Part shown: positions 9,350 through 18,818 of the stretch, in pieces | Layout: the number at the start of each line of letters is the position of its first letter | Numbering within the stretch: position 1 is the stretch's first letter | Assembly (NCBI GenBank): GCA_964625685.1 | Contig: CAZVBO010000001.1 | Coordinates: 153,570-217,569, forward strand | Direction of reading: 5' to 3' | DNA: 64,000 bases | Origin: an uncultured Pseudomonadales bacterium | Lineage (GTDB): Bacteria; Patescibacteriota; Microgenomatia; UBA1400; PJMF01 | Notes under the pieces: model-generated | What the model was told of the DNA's origin: nothing | The model's input: the letters and a program-made list of their open reading frames with translations, nothing else | Databases searched by the model: none | Position numbers and translations under genes: made by a program

Positions 9350-9982
9350 ATGAAAAACTTACCACTCCTCATAGGAACACTACTTGGTACCTTTGCTCTT
9401 ATATTTGGAGTTGTTTTTTTCTTCTCTAAAAGCAGTGAGGTTACGGCTGATCCAACTTTAGTTCAAGGAAATATGAACCATGTTAAAGGGAATCAAGACA
9501 GTAATATTGTCGTAGTGGAATTTAGTGATTTTCAGTGTCCGGCGTGTGCCGCAACTCAACCCTATATTGACCAAATTTACCAGGATTATCAAGATAAAAT
9601 TAAGTTTGTTTATCGTCATTTTCCCTTGCACAGTCTTCATCCAAATGCTCAGTTAGCTGCCCAAGCAGCTGAAGTGGCAGCTGAGGAAGGTAAGTTTTGG
9701 GAATACCATGATTTGCTTTTTGCCAATCAGAGTGATTGGGAGAATTTGAGTGGAGATGAACTGTTAGAAAAGTTTTCAGCATATGCACAGCAATTACAGA
9801 TTGACAAAACTCTATTCTCAGAGAGAATAGAATCAGACCAGATCAAGCAACGAGTCCAAAGCGATGAGCAAGCGGCTTTACAACTTGGTCTGAATAGTAC
9901 GCCAACATTTTTTGTAAATGATCGTAAAGTACCTGCCCCAGAAATACGGTCTACTATAGACTCGCTTTTGACAAATGAATAA
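9350..9982 (+). CDS. DsbA/thioredoxin-fold membrane-anchored protein
   Basis: N-terminal TM, EFSDFQCPAC, cis-Pro motif STPTF. Confidence 0.9.
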   Translation: MKNLPLLIGTLLGTFALIFGVVFFFSKSSEVTADPTLVQGNMNHVKGNQDSNIVVVEFSDFQCPACAATQPYIDQIYQDYQDKIKFVYRHFPLHSLHPNAQLAAQAAEVAAEEGKFWEYHDLLFANQSDWENLSGDELLEKFSAYAQQLQIDKTLFSERIESDQIKQRVQSDEQAALQLGLNSTPTFFVNDRKVPAPEIRSTIDSLLTNE

Positions 9983-10000
9983 AAGTTGAAAAGGGGCACC

Positions 10001-10510
10001 ATGAAAAAATTTATTCCATTTATTTTCCCGGCAGCAGCCATCTTAATCATCTTGATTCTGGCTTTCCGCTGGTACAGCATGAGGACGAGCCAAACGGAGA
10101 CTCCGGCTCCTTTTGCAGAAGGAGTGGAGATTGAGAACTTGACTGACACAGAAGAAAATGAAGTAGCTCGAGGAGTAGGTGACTACAAATCAGTTGAAAT
10201 GAGTAATAGTAGTGAGAATGAGACCGATTTAGGCACCATTCGCTATGAAATTAAGGATGGTAAAGTTCGCTTGTCAGTTTTGGCAACTTTGCCCGAATTA
10301 ACCGATGGCGGAGTCTATCAGGTTTGGTTTAAAGAAGTCAATGGAGAAGCCATTCGTAAGGCTTTCACTTTAGAGATGAGTAAGGGCGGCTATATCGGTA
10401 GCGCTTCTATTTCCAGTGAAGTTTTACCTTTCGAAGTCATTGTTAGCAAAGAGATGACTCAAGATGATACTTTAGAGGAAACTGTATTAAGTGGGACAGT
10501 TTCAGAATAA
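10001..10510 (+). CDS. Membrane-anchored protein with RskA C-terminal-like domain
   Basis: N-terminal TM; LPEL...YQVW...VSKE pattern. Confidence 0.45.
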   Translation: MKKFIPFIFPAAAILIILILAFRWYSMRTSQTETPAPFAEGVEIENLTDTEENEVARGVGDYKSVEMSNSSENETDLGTIRYEIKDGKVRLSVLATLPELTDGGVYQVWFKEVNGEAIRKAFTLEMSKGGYIGSASISSEVLPFEVIVSKEMTQDDTLEETVLSGTVSE

Positions 10511-10520
10511 ACCATTTTTC

Positions 10521-10545
10521 TCAAGGAGTAAGAATTACTCCTTGA
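10521..10545. terminator. Hairpin, possible terminator
   Basis: tcaaggagtaa-gaa-ttactccttga inverted repeat right after the stop. Confidence 0.45.
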
Positions 10546-10655
10546 AGCGGTAGCCAAGTATGGTAGGCTTAAAGGCAAGCACATTTAAAAAGTGCCCAGT
10601 AAATAGTAACAATTTCATCTCTTCCTCAGGAGGTTGAGAGAAAAAAGGAGAATGT

Positions 10656-10880
10656 ATGGCAAATGCTAGCGCATACAGTTATACCAATAAGAAAGGTCAA
10701 ACCTACTACCTTCACACTCGAGAAGTGACCTTAAAGAATGGTCGTGTACAACGAATTTACTTTTTCGCCCGAGACATTCGTGAAGGTTCTTTAGATGCTG
10801 TGCCTGCTGGTTATGTAGTCGTTGAAACCAAGCGAACTGGTATGCCTGTTTTGAAAAAAGAAGCTCCCAAAGCTAACTAA
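10656..10880 (+). CDS. Small hypothetical protein
   Basis: Strong SD (AAGGAG), own terminator, protein-like composition. Confidence 0.7.
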   Translation: MANASAYSYTNKKGQTYYLHTREVTLKNGRVQRIYFFARDIREGSLDAVPAGYVVVETKRTGMPVLKKEAPKAN

Positions 10881-10904
10881 TTTTTCTTAAGTTAAAATAG
10901 AATT

Positions 10905-10931
10905 CCCCCGAGTCAAACTCGGGGGGTTTTT
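10905..10931 (+). terminator. Rho-independent terminator
   Basis: cccccgagt-caa-actcggggg followed by a T run. Confidence 0.8.
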
Positions 10932-10969
10932 GTACTACGAATTCAAGGGGAACTCGGTACAATAAGATC

Positions 10970-11290
10970 ATGGACACAGAATTAGCGCACCAAGTTAGAC
11001 AAAATTTAAAGCAAGTCATTGATCCAGAATTGAATATTGATATTGTTAGTTTGGGGTTGGTCTATGATGTCCAAGTAGTGACCGAGCCTAAACTAGATAT
11101 CTATATTACCTTAACCCTAACGACCCCAGGTTGCCCTTTAGCTGGAGTTTTTGATACGATGATTACTGATGCTTTACAAACTATTCCAGGGATTGATGCG
11201 GAAAATGATATCCATCTACAGCTGACTTTTGACCCTCCCTGGGTACCTGATATGATGAGCGAAGAAGCAAAAGCAGAATTAGGTATGTAA
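10970..11290 (+). CDS. DUF59/SufT metal-sulfur cluster assembly factor
   Basis: VIDPELNIDIVSLGLVY, TLTTPGCP, FDPPW. Confidence 0.9.
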   Translation: MDTELAHQVRQNLKQVIDPELNIDIVSLGLVYDVQVVTEPKLDIYITLTLTTPGCPLAGVFDTMITDALQTIPGIDAENDIHLQLTFDPPWVPDMMSEEAKAELGM

Positions 11291-11304
11291 AAGAGGAATA
11301 TGCT

Positions 11305-11748
11305 ATGACTCTTTATTTAGGGAGCGATCATGGGGGGTTTGTTGCTAAGGAATCACTGAAAATGTGGCTTGAGCAGCAGGGATATCAAGTTACTGATTGT
11401 GGGGCTTATCAATTGGATCGAAGTGATGACTATCCTGATTTTGCTTTTAAAGTAGCTCAGTCAGTCGCCCAAGATCAAACAGCTTATGGTATTTTAATTT
11501 GCCGATCAGGTGGGGGAATGGCCATTACAGCCAATAGGATCTCAGGAATCAGGGCCATTGAAGGATATAGTGAAAATAGTGTCCAACACGGTCGCCAAGA
11601 TAATAATGCGAATGTTTTAACCTTAGCTGGTGACTGGTTATCACTCGACCAAATGCAGCAGATGATTACTCTTTTTATAAAAACTCCTTTCTCGGAAGAG
11701 GAAAGGCATCAGCGACGGATTCAGAAAATTGAAAGCTATACTTTATGA
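11305..11748 (+). CDS. rpiB: Ribose-5-phosphate isomerase B
   Basis: GSDHGG, DDYPDFA, ILICRSGGGM, NNANVL, RHQRRI. Confidence 0.92.
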   Translation: MTLYLGSDHGGFVAKESLKMWLEQQGYQVTDCGAYQLDRSDDYPDFAFKVAQSVAQDQTAYGILICRSGGGMAITANRISGIRAIEGYSENSVQHGRQDNNANVLTLAGDWLSLDQMQQMITLFIKTPFSEEERHQRRIQKIESYTL

Positions 11749-12434
11749 AAATTTATCCTAGTATTTTGACCGATTCCATGACAACTTTGACCAATCAGGT
11801 TGAAGCAGTCAAGAATGTACCACATATTTCGACTATTCAAATTGATGTGATTGATGGTTATTTTGCTGATAATTTGACGATTACTCCCTCTGATCTTTAT
11901 GAAGTAGATTTTGGAGAGTTAACCATCGATTTTCACCTGATGACGGAAGAGCCTCTTGATTTTGTCTATGAGTTTTTAGAACCTAAAGAGGAATTGCCAG
12001 TTCGAGCAGTAATTGCTCAAGTGGAAAAAATGAGTCATCAACTCCCTTTTGTAGAAGAAGTGAAAAGCCATCAATGGAAAGTAGGATTTTCGTTGGATTT
12101 ATTTACGCCACTGTCGGCAATTGATCAAGTGTTATGGTCGCAACTTGATATTATTCAACTGATGGCTGTTGAGGCTGGACATCAGGATCAAGCTTTTAAG
12201 AATCAAGTTATTGAAAAAGTTACTCAGCTGAATCAATCTGGACGAGTATCAGATACTACTGAAGTGATTGTAGATGGTGGAGTTAACCTTAAGACAGTGC
12301 ATGATTTAGTAACTGCTGGAGTGTCCAGTATCGCGGTGGGTTCACAACTCTGGAATTCCACCGATTTAAGTGAAACTGTTGAACAATTAATGAATGCTGA
12401 AAAGCCGGAAACTGCCCATGAAGACACAGATTAG
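11745..12434 (+). CDS. rpe: Ribulose-phosphate 3-epimerase
   Basis: YPSIL, QIDVIDGYF, DFHLM, VDGGVN. Confidence 0.85.
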   Translation: MKIYPSILTDSMTTLTNQVEAVKNVPHISTIQIDVIDGYFADNLTITPSDLYEVDFGELTIDFHLMTEEPLDFVYEFLEPKEELPVRAVIAQVEKMSHQLPFVEEVKSHQWKVGFSLDLFTPLSAIDQVLWSQLDIIQLMAVEAGHQDQAFKNQVIEKVTQLNQSGRVSDTTEVIVDGGVNLKTVHDLVTAGVSSIAVGSQLWNSTDLSETVEQLMNAEKPETAHEDTD

Positions 12435-13038
12435 AGTCCCCCAAACCAAACGAACTTGTACTATTAAAAATGTAGCTATGTTTGGGAGTGCTGATATTGA
12501 CGAATTACATCCTCTCTATCAGGAAGCTTTCAAAATTGCCCGTTATTTGGCCTATCATGGCAAAGTGATTGTTAATGGTGGAGGTCCAGGAGTAATGGAT
12601 GCTTCGACTAAAGGAGCTCAAGCTGGTGGGGGAAAAACCATTGGAGTGACTTTTTATCCGAAAGATATGCCTGAATTTGAAGGTCGTTTCAATGACAATA
12701 AGGTAGATAAAGAGATCAAAACGGCCAACTATATTGAGCGGATGTTTGGGTTGATGGATCACGCAGATATTTTTGTTTGTTTTCAAGGGGGAACAGGAAC
12801 TTTGAGTGAGTGGACCACTGCTTGGTTGTTGGCTCATCTCTATTATGGAAATCATAAACCACTGATTTTATACGGTGGGTTTTGGCACAAGGTGATGGAT
12901 GTCATCATTGAGAACTTTTTTATTGGAGAAAAAGAACAAACTGTGTATCGAATTGCCGAAAATGAAGAAGAATTAATTGCGGCAATGAATGCATTTGAAG
13001 AGGAGTTGGAGCAACGATGCCAACTGCCTCGGGAATAG
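12418..13038 (+). CDS. LOG family nucleotide phosphoribohydrolase
   Basis: NGGGPGVM, ERM, GGTGTLSE. Confidence 0.85.
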   Translation: MKTQIRVPQTKRTCTIKNVAMFGSADIDELHPLYQEAFKIARYLAYHGKVIVNGGGPGVMDASTKGAQAGGGKTIGVTFYPKDMPEFEGRFNDNKVDKEIKTANYIERMFGLMDHADIFVCFQGGTGTLSEWTTAWLLAHLYYGNHKPLILYGGFWHKVMDVIIENFFIGEKEQTVYRIAENEEELIAAMNAFEEELEQRCQLPRE

Positions 13039-13039
13039 T

Positions 13040-13954
13040 ATGCAAAAAGTTATTACTATTGGTTCTTCACTAGTTGATATCTTTGTCAAATCTGATGATT
13101 TCCAACTTCAGAAAACAGACAAGGGGGTAATGCTGTGTCAACAATATGGGGATAAGGTAGAATTGGATAGTTTTGATGTTTTTTCCGGAGGAGGAGCCAG
13201 TAATACAGCGGTAGGTTTTAAAAGAATGGGCTTTGATGCCTCTGTGATCAGTGAAACTGGGCGAGATATGTGGGCACAGTTTGTGATCAATGATTTTACC
13301 AAAGAACGAGTCAACGTTAATTTAATTATCCGCGAAAAAAAAGAAATCACTGGCGGTTCTGTAATTTTATTAGGAAAAGATGGGGGCCGAACCGTGATGG
13401 TACATCGAGGAGCTTCTTCGATGTTAGATCCTCATGATGTTCCAGTGGATCAGTTAAAAGAAGTAGATTGGGTTCATCTCACTAACACAGATGGTCAACT
13501 TAAGACGTTGTCACTTATTTTCCAAACGGTGGCAGAAGGTTCTGTGGGTTTATCCTGGAATCCAGGGAAAAAAGATATTAAACTATTAGTCGAAAATAAA
13601 TTAGCCATTCCTGAAAATGCTGTCGAAATTTTTCTGGTCAATCGAGAAGAATGGCAAATGTTGGAACCAAAGCAGGACGAGTTGTTCAATAAAATGAGAG
13701 TCATTGTGATCACCCACTCTCGGTTGGGTGGCCAAGTTTTTAAAGAAAAGAGTTTAGTAGTGGAGTATGACGTGGATGAAGTCAAAGCTATTGACGAAAC
13801 GGGAGCTGGAGATGCTTTTGGGGTAGGTTTTATTGCAGCCTATCTAAAAAACAAAGATCTTGAAGAGTGTTGTGAATGGGGAAAGAAAAATTCAGCCAGT
13901 GTCGTTCAACACTTAGGAGCCAAGGCGGGGCTATTATATAAAGAGAATCTCTAG
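13040..13954 (+). CDS. PfkB family carbohydrate kinase
   Basis: GGGASNTA, DETGAGDAFGVGF. Confidence 0.9.
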   Translation: MQKVITIGSSLVDIFVKSDDFQLQKTDKGVMLCQQYGDKVELDSFDVFSGGGASNTAVGFKRMGFDASVISETGRDMWAQFVINDFTKERVNVNLIIREKKEITGGSVILLGKDGGRTVMVHRGASSMLDPHDVPVDQLKEVDWVHLTNTDGQLKTLSLIFQTVAEGSVGLSWNPGKKDIKLLVENKLAIPENAVEIFLVNREEWQMLEPKQDELFNKMRVIVITHSRLGGQVFKEKSLVVEYDVDEVKAIDETGAGDAFGVGFIAAYLKNKDLEECCEWGKKNSASVVQHLGAKAGLLYKENL

Positions 13955-13983
13955 GGAGATAAAGGCTTAAAGGGTAAAGCCAG

Positions 13984-14123
13984 TAATCCCCTTTTCTAAA
14001 AGGGGCATCAAACGAGTGAAACGAACCTGATGGGGTATTCAATAAGTCACTTAAACACCTCTATCTGGCTTTCCTGCCTGCGCAGGCAGGCGCCAGATGT
14101 CTCCTCTTTAATAAGAGGAGATT
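13984..14123. repeat. Composite hairpin element between convergent genes, with a nested 18-bp palindrome at 14073-14090
   Basis: cccctttt-ct-aaaagggg ... atctggc-ttt[18-mer]c-gccagat ... tctcctctt-taat-aagaggaga. Confidence 0.65.
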
Positions 14124-14149
14124 GCAAAAAATTTGAAATTTTTTGACAA

Positions 14150-15220
14150 TTAATACTGTGGCAAAAAGATTTTAGAATTTTCGGGCGTAATTACTACCTC
14201 TGGGTAACCCTTTTCAACGATAATTCGCGCTGCTTTTCGAACTGCTGTTTGCAAGGTTCGTTGTAGGGTACGAATTCCAGCATCATAGCCTAAAGGACGA
14301 GTAATTTGAGGCCAGAGAGTAGAATCAATCACAAATTGTTCTGGTTTTAAACCAGCTTCTTTGAGGAGCTTGGGTAAAATATACTTTTGAGCAATGGTAA
14401 TTTTTTCTTGATCAGTATAGGAAGGCATGGAAATTTTTTCCATACGGTCCATCACAGCCGTTACAATGTTGGTGGTATTGTTAGCAGTAGCTAAGAAAAT
14501 GGCGTGAGATAAGTCCACTGGATAGTCAATATAGGTATCTCGAAAGGCATGATTCTGAGCTGGATCAAGCAATTCGACTAGAACTCCCATGATATCCATT
14601 CTGGCTTCATCGCTGACCCGGTCTATTTCATCAAGTAAAATTACTGGATTTCGGACCCCAGCTTCACACAAACCCTTAATGACTCGACCCGGTTCAGCCC
14701 CTAATAAGAGGCGAGATTGACCTCTCAATTCATGGGCAGAGCCCATCCCTCCAAAAGGAATTCGGATAATCTTTCGACCAAGTGCTTCTGCTAAGGAGAA
14801 TGCAAAGGTGGTTTTTCCTGTTCCAACTAAACCCACTAGTAGTAGAATTGGGGCTCGAAACTCACCACTTTCACTTTGGGACTGTTTTAACTTCAGCACA
14901 GAAATGTATTCAAGAAATCGATCTTTGACTTCCTGCATCCCAAAATGGTTGGCATCAAAAACTTGCTTGGCTTTAGTAATATCGAGTTCGTCTGTGGTCT
15001 CTGCTTCCCAGGGAAATTTGAGAACCCATTCAATATATCGAGATACTTTTTCGTACTTCTCATCATAGTTTCCCAATTCAGCTGATCTTTCGAGAGCTAC
15101 AATGTCTCGTTGAGCTTTGAGTCTCATCTCTGGTGGAATATGAGCTCGAGCCAATTGATCACGTAAATCGGCAATTTCAGAAGCGAGAATTTTTTTATAG
15201 TTAGTAGAGCTGGTAGGCAT
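14150..15220 (-). CDS. Lon-like AAA+ ATPase lacking the protease domain
   Basis: LKFPW, HFGMQEVKDR, Walker A GLVGTGKT, ILLDEID, ELLDPAQN..FRD.Y, AGIRTLQR; ends directly after the AAA module. Confidence 0.85.
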   Translation of the reverse strand: MPTSSTNYKKILASEIADLRDQLARAHIPPEMRLKAQRDIVALERSAELGNYDEKYEKVSRYIEWVLKFPWEAETTDELDITKAKQVFDANHFGMQEVKDRFLEYISVLKLKQSQSESGEFRAPILLLVGLVGTGKTTFAFSLAEALGRKIIRIPFGGMGSAHELRGQSRLLLGAEPGRVIKGLCEAGVRNPVILLDEIDRVSDEARMDIMGVLVELLDPAQNHAFRDTYIDYPVDLSHAIFLATANNTTNIVTAVMDRMEKISMPSYTDQEKITIAQKYILPKLLKEAGLKPEQFVIDSTLWPQITRPLGYDAGIRTLQRTLQTAVRKAARIIVEKGYPEVVITPENSKIFLPQY

Positions 15221-15352
15221 ATTAGATGCTTCTATCATACCTGAGGAGGGGTTAAAATTCCAAGTTCCAAATACCAAATCCAGGTTCAGGATGACGTCCT
15301 TTATTGAAGCCTGTAAGTTTGGAATTTATATTTCTCTTCTCTCTAGTATATA

Positions 15353-16030
15353 ATGGGGTTGTGTTTGATCATGTCTGAAATAGCTATGGCGAAAAATGAA
15401 AAGAAATTAGCTGAACTGAAGCAACTCCATCAAGAATTGGAAAAGCTTGCTGCTGCCAAAAAGTTGCCTTTAGCCCAGCAAGCAACTGACATTGTTCCAG
15501 GAGAAGGAAACAGTAATGCAGAGGTAATGCTGATTGGTGAAGCTCCGGGATACTATGAATCAGTCCAGCGTAGACCTTTTGTGGGGCGATCGGGGCAACT
15601 ACTACGACAAACCCTCAATGAAGTGGGTTTACCAGAATCAGAAGTATATATTTCTAATATTGTCAAAATTCGACCACCAGAAAATCGAGATCCAGTTCCC
15701 AAAGAGATTAATGGCTTTAGACCATTTCTAGACCAGGAAATTGAGATTATCAATCCGACTTTGATGGTGACACTGGGTCGGTATAGTATGGCTAAGTTTT
15801 TACCGGATGTGAAAATTTCCCAAGTTCATGGACGGCTGCACAAGGTAAAATGGAAAAACCAAAATTTATTTGTTTTACCTATGTATCATCCGGCTGCAGC
15901 TTTACGAAGCACTCAAGTCAAAAATCAGTTTTTGGCAGATTTTGCTAAAATTCAAAAAATAGTTAAGTGGATTGAAGGGCAAGAGGATATACTGAAGCTT
16001 GAGGATCAAGTGAAGGAGGCTTTGTTGTGA
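15353..16030 (+). CDS. Uracil-DNA glycosylase, family 4
   Basis: IGEAPG, RPFVGRSG, RPPENRDP, YHPAA; true start may be 15371 or 15386. Confidence 0.9.
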   Translation: MGLCLIMSEIAMAKNEKKLAELKQLHQELEKLAAAKKLPLAQQATDIVPGEGNSNAEVMLIGEAPGYYESVQRRPFVGRSGQLLRQTLNEVGLPESEVYISNIVKIRPPENRDPVPKEINGFRPFLDQEIEIINPTLMVTLGRYSMAKFLPDVKISQVHGRLHKVKWKNQNLFVLPMYHPAAALRSTQVKNQFLADFAKIQKIVKWIEGQEDILKLEDQVKEALL

Positions 16031-16833
16031 TTATTGCGATTTTTGTGATTCCTATCTTAGCCATCATTAGTGCTGTTCTCCTGTTTAAGTTTAATGGCAA
16101 ACGGTCCATTCTTAAGTTTGACTTTGTCCAATTTATTTATGCTTTTGTTATTACTCCCATTTTATTCGTGTGGTTAAAGTATTTTCTGTTCTATATCCTC
16201 AAACAGGAGTTATCCTTGAGATTATCACTCAATGAGTTATTTCTAGCTGACACGATTTTAAGTGTAATTCTCTTATATGTTTCTTTCTTTATTGTGATTC
16301 ACTCTTTAACGAAAACCTTTAATTTAAATCGACAGAATGATCCACTATACGATATGGTGGCTCATTCTGAATATTTGCATCTTAATTTGTCACACCTGGC
16401 GATCTATGCGGGAAGTATGTTTGTAGCTACTTTACTTTCCCTGTCCAACTTGGCGGTTCCCTTGGCGATTGAAAACACAAGAAATAGTTTTTATGCCATT
16501 TTTGGATTTGGATTATTGGGAGGGATAGCGAGTTTTATGGGAATTTGGAAATATGATTCTCCTGATCCCAATTTTATGAGAATTATGAAGTTGCTGCTGG
16601 CATTTTTCTTTTTGATTCATGCTGTGGCATATTTTTGGTTTGATCCAGGATTTAATACCAGCTATATTTTGTTTTGGTTTGTTTTTGCTCTCTATATGGC
16701 TACTATGTTTATGTCACTCTTTGCCGAACGACCAGAAAAGAAAATGAAAATTTTTCGGCGGATGCCATTCCAAATCAACCCCATGAAACCAAAATATTAT
16801 TTAGCAATTTTAAAAAGAATTATTTATAAATAG
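16027..16833 (+). CDS. Multi-pass membrane protein, unknown function
   Basis: About 7 hydrophobic segments. Confidence 0.65.
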   Translation: MIIAIFVIPILAIISAVLLFKFNGKRSILKFDFVQFIYAFVITPILFVWLKYFLFYILKQELSLRLSLNELFLADTILSVILLYVSFFIVIHSLTKTFNLNRQNDPLYDMVAHSEYLHLNLSHLAIYAGSMFVATLLSLSNLAVPLAIENTRNSFYAIFGFGLLGGIASFMGIWKYDSPDPNFMRIMKLLLAFFFLIHAVAYFWFDPGFNTSYILFWFVFALYMATMFMSLFAERPEKKMKIFRRMPFQINPMKPKYYLAILKRIIYK

Positions 16834-16841
16834 GAGTTTTT

Positions 16842-18512
16842 ATGTCTCAGTTACGATTGTTACCTTTGGGAGGTATGGGTAAGGTTACCCAAAATATGTA
16901 TGCCTATGAATATGAAAATGAAATTTTGTTATTTGACTGTGGGATTGGTTTCCCCGATGTTCAAATGCTCGGAGTCGATGTTTTGATCCCTGATATTAGT
17001 TATCTCCTTAAAAAGCTTGACTCAGGATCCAAGATTGTGGGGATGGTGTTGTCACATGGTCATGATGATCATATTGCCGCTACACCCTATCTTTTGCCAA
17101 GTCTACCAGAATTTCCCATTTATGCATCTCCCCTCACGGCCGGTTTTGCCCGAAATCGAATGGCAGAGAGTGAAGCCGCTGGTCGAGAAATTATCGTCTT
17201 AAAAGACAAACAACCAGTCAAGATTAGCAGTTTTTTTGAAATAGAGTCATTTGCCGTGACTCATTCTGTACCTGATACCAAACATTTTGCTATTAGAACT
17301 CCGGAAGGAGTAATTTATCATGGGACTGATTTTAAACTTGATCCCAATCCGGTAGATGGAGTGGTAACTGACGTCGAACACATTGCTCAAATTGGTAAAG
17401 AAGGGGTTCGATTGATGTTGATGGATTGTTTGCGAGTAGAAAGAAATGAATGGGTCAAATCAGAATCGACTGTCGGTCCGGTCATTGAGAAGGAAATGAT
17501 GAGTACCCAGGGGAAGTTTGTCATTACCTTAATGAGTTCCCATATTCATCGAATTCAACAAGTAATCAATGCGGCCGTAGAAGAAAAGAGAAAAGTGGTT
17601 TTTATTGGTCGCTCTGTTGAACAAAATGTGGAGGTAGCTCTAGAATTAAATAAACTTCACATTCCAGATGGAGTCATGGTCAATAAGAAACATATTGAAG
17701 ATTATCCTGATCATGAGCTCTGTATTGTGATTGCTGGAAGTCAGGGACAAGAAGGATCTTCGTTGGTTCGCGCTATTTATGGCGAACATCCAGTGATTAC
17801 CATTAAACAGCATGACAAGGTTGTTTTTTCGGCTGATGCTATTCCTGGGAATGAAATTCCTTACTACTCATCAATTGATGAATTAGCTCGTAATGGAGTA
17901 GAGGTAATTTACCCTGATATTTCACCTGATATTCATCAGTCAGGACATGCTAGTGCTCCAGAACAACAGGAATTATTACGGTTAGTACAACCCCAGTATG
18001 TGATGCCTATTGGCGGAGCAGACCGACACCGGGTTTTATTTAAACACGGGGTGGCGGAAGAAGTTGGTTTAAGTTCTGACCAAGTTTTACTACCAGAACA
18101 AGGTGAAGTTATTGGTTTAACCAAAGATAGCCGGCCTCAAGTGGTCGAAAAAGTAAGTTTGAAAGCCTTGAATGTAGATGGACTAGGGATCGGAGATGTA
18201 GGTCCAGTAGTGTTGTCTGATCGGAAGACTTTAAGTAATTCCGGAATTATTGTGCTGATTATTCCTCGAACTAAAGGACAACTTGATTTAGCCAATCTGG
18301 CTGTAATCTCACGAGGCTTCGTCTTTATGAAAGAGGCAGACGAGGTGGTAAAGTATATCAAAGATCAGACAGTCCAAATTATCAATGACTTAGGTGCAAA
18401 AGCCAAGGATGATGACATTAAAAGGGCTTTGGAAAAACGTTTAGGAAAGCGTATTCATAAGGTTATTCAACGTGAACCAATTATTTTACCTGTGATTTTG
18501 AGTACTCAATAA
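16842..18512 (+). CDS. rnj: Ribonuclease J
   Basis: PLGGMG, SHGHDDH, THSVPD, GSQGQ, HQSGHA. Confidence 0.92.
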   Translation: MSQLRLLPLGGMGKVTQNMYAYEYENEILLFDCGIGFPDVQMLGVDVLIPDISYLLKKLDSGSKIVGMVLSHGHDDHIAATPYLLPSLPEFPIYASPLTAGFARNRMAESEAAGREIIVLKDKQPVKISSFFEIESFAVTHSVPDTKHFAIRTPEGVIYHGTDFKLDPNPVDGVVTDVEHIAQIGKEGVRLMLMDCLRVERNEWVKSESTVGPVIEKEMMSTQGKFVITLMSSHIHRIQQVINAAVEEKRKVVFIGRSVEQNVEVALELNKLHIPDGVMVNKKHIEDYPDHELCIVIAGSQGQEGSSLVRAIYGEHPVITIKQHDKVVFSADAIPGNEIPYYSSIDELARNGVEVIYPDISPDIHQSGHASAPEQQELLRLVQPQYVMPIGGADRHRVLFKHGVAEEVGLSSDQVLLPEQGEVIGLTKDSRPQVVEKVSLKALNVDGLGIGDVGPVVLSDRKTLSNSGIIVLIIPRTKGQLDLANLAVISRGFVFMKEADEVVKYIKDQTVQIINDLGAKAKDDDIKRALEKRLGKRIHKVIQREPIILPVILSTQ

Positions 18513-18818
18513 AACTGCCTCTTGCGACCTGAGCAGAATCATGATAGAAATATCCTATAATAATTTATTATAGTGCTTATTCTTGAAGAAAGTTGACTTG
18601 AATAAAAAAGTTGATATTTGGACTTCGGGCCGAAACCATTTACAATAGGCATGTAGCAAAATAAAGAAAATGTTTACTTATGTCATCTTTTAGCCATTTT
18701 AGATATTTGTTTCTTTCTCATTTAGCATGGCTAAAATCGTCATCGAAAATACCTAAAATGTCTCAAAATCTGATCATAATTAATACATTTTTTATTTCAC
18801 TACAAGCCTAAAGAGCCT

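Noticed and set aside
18513-18818. Possible ncRNA or origin in the long rnj-ftsK intergenic region
   Set aside because: AT-rich with one inverted repeat (ttttagccat/atggctaaaa); no recognisable RNA motif or DnaA-box cluster.
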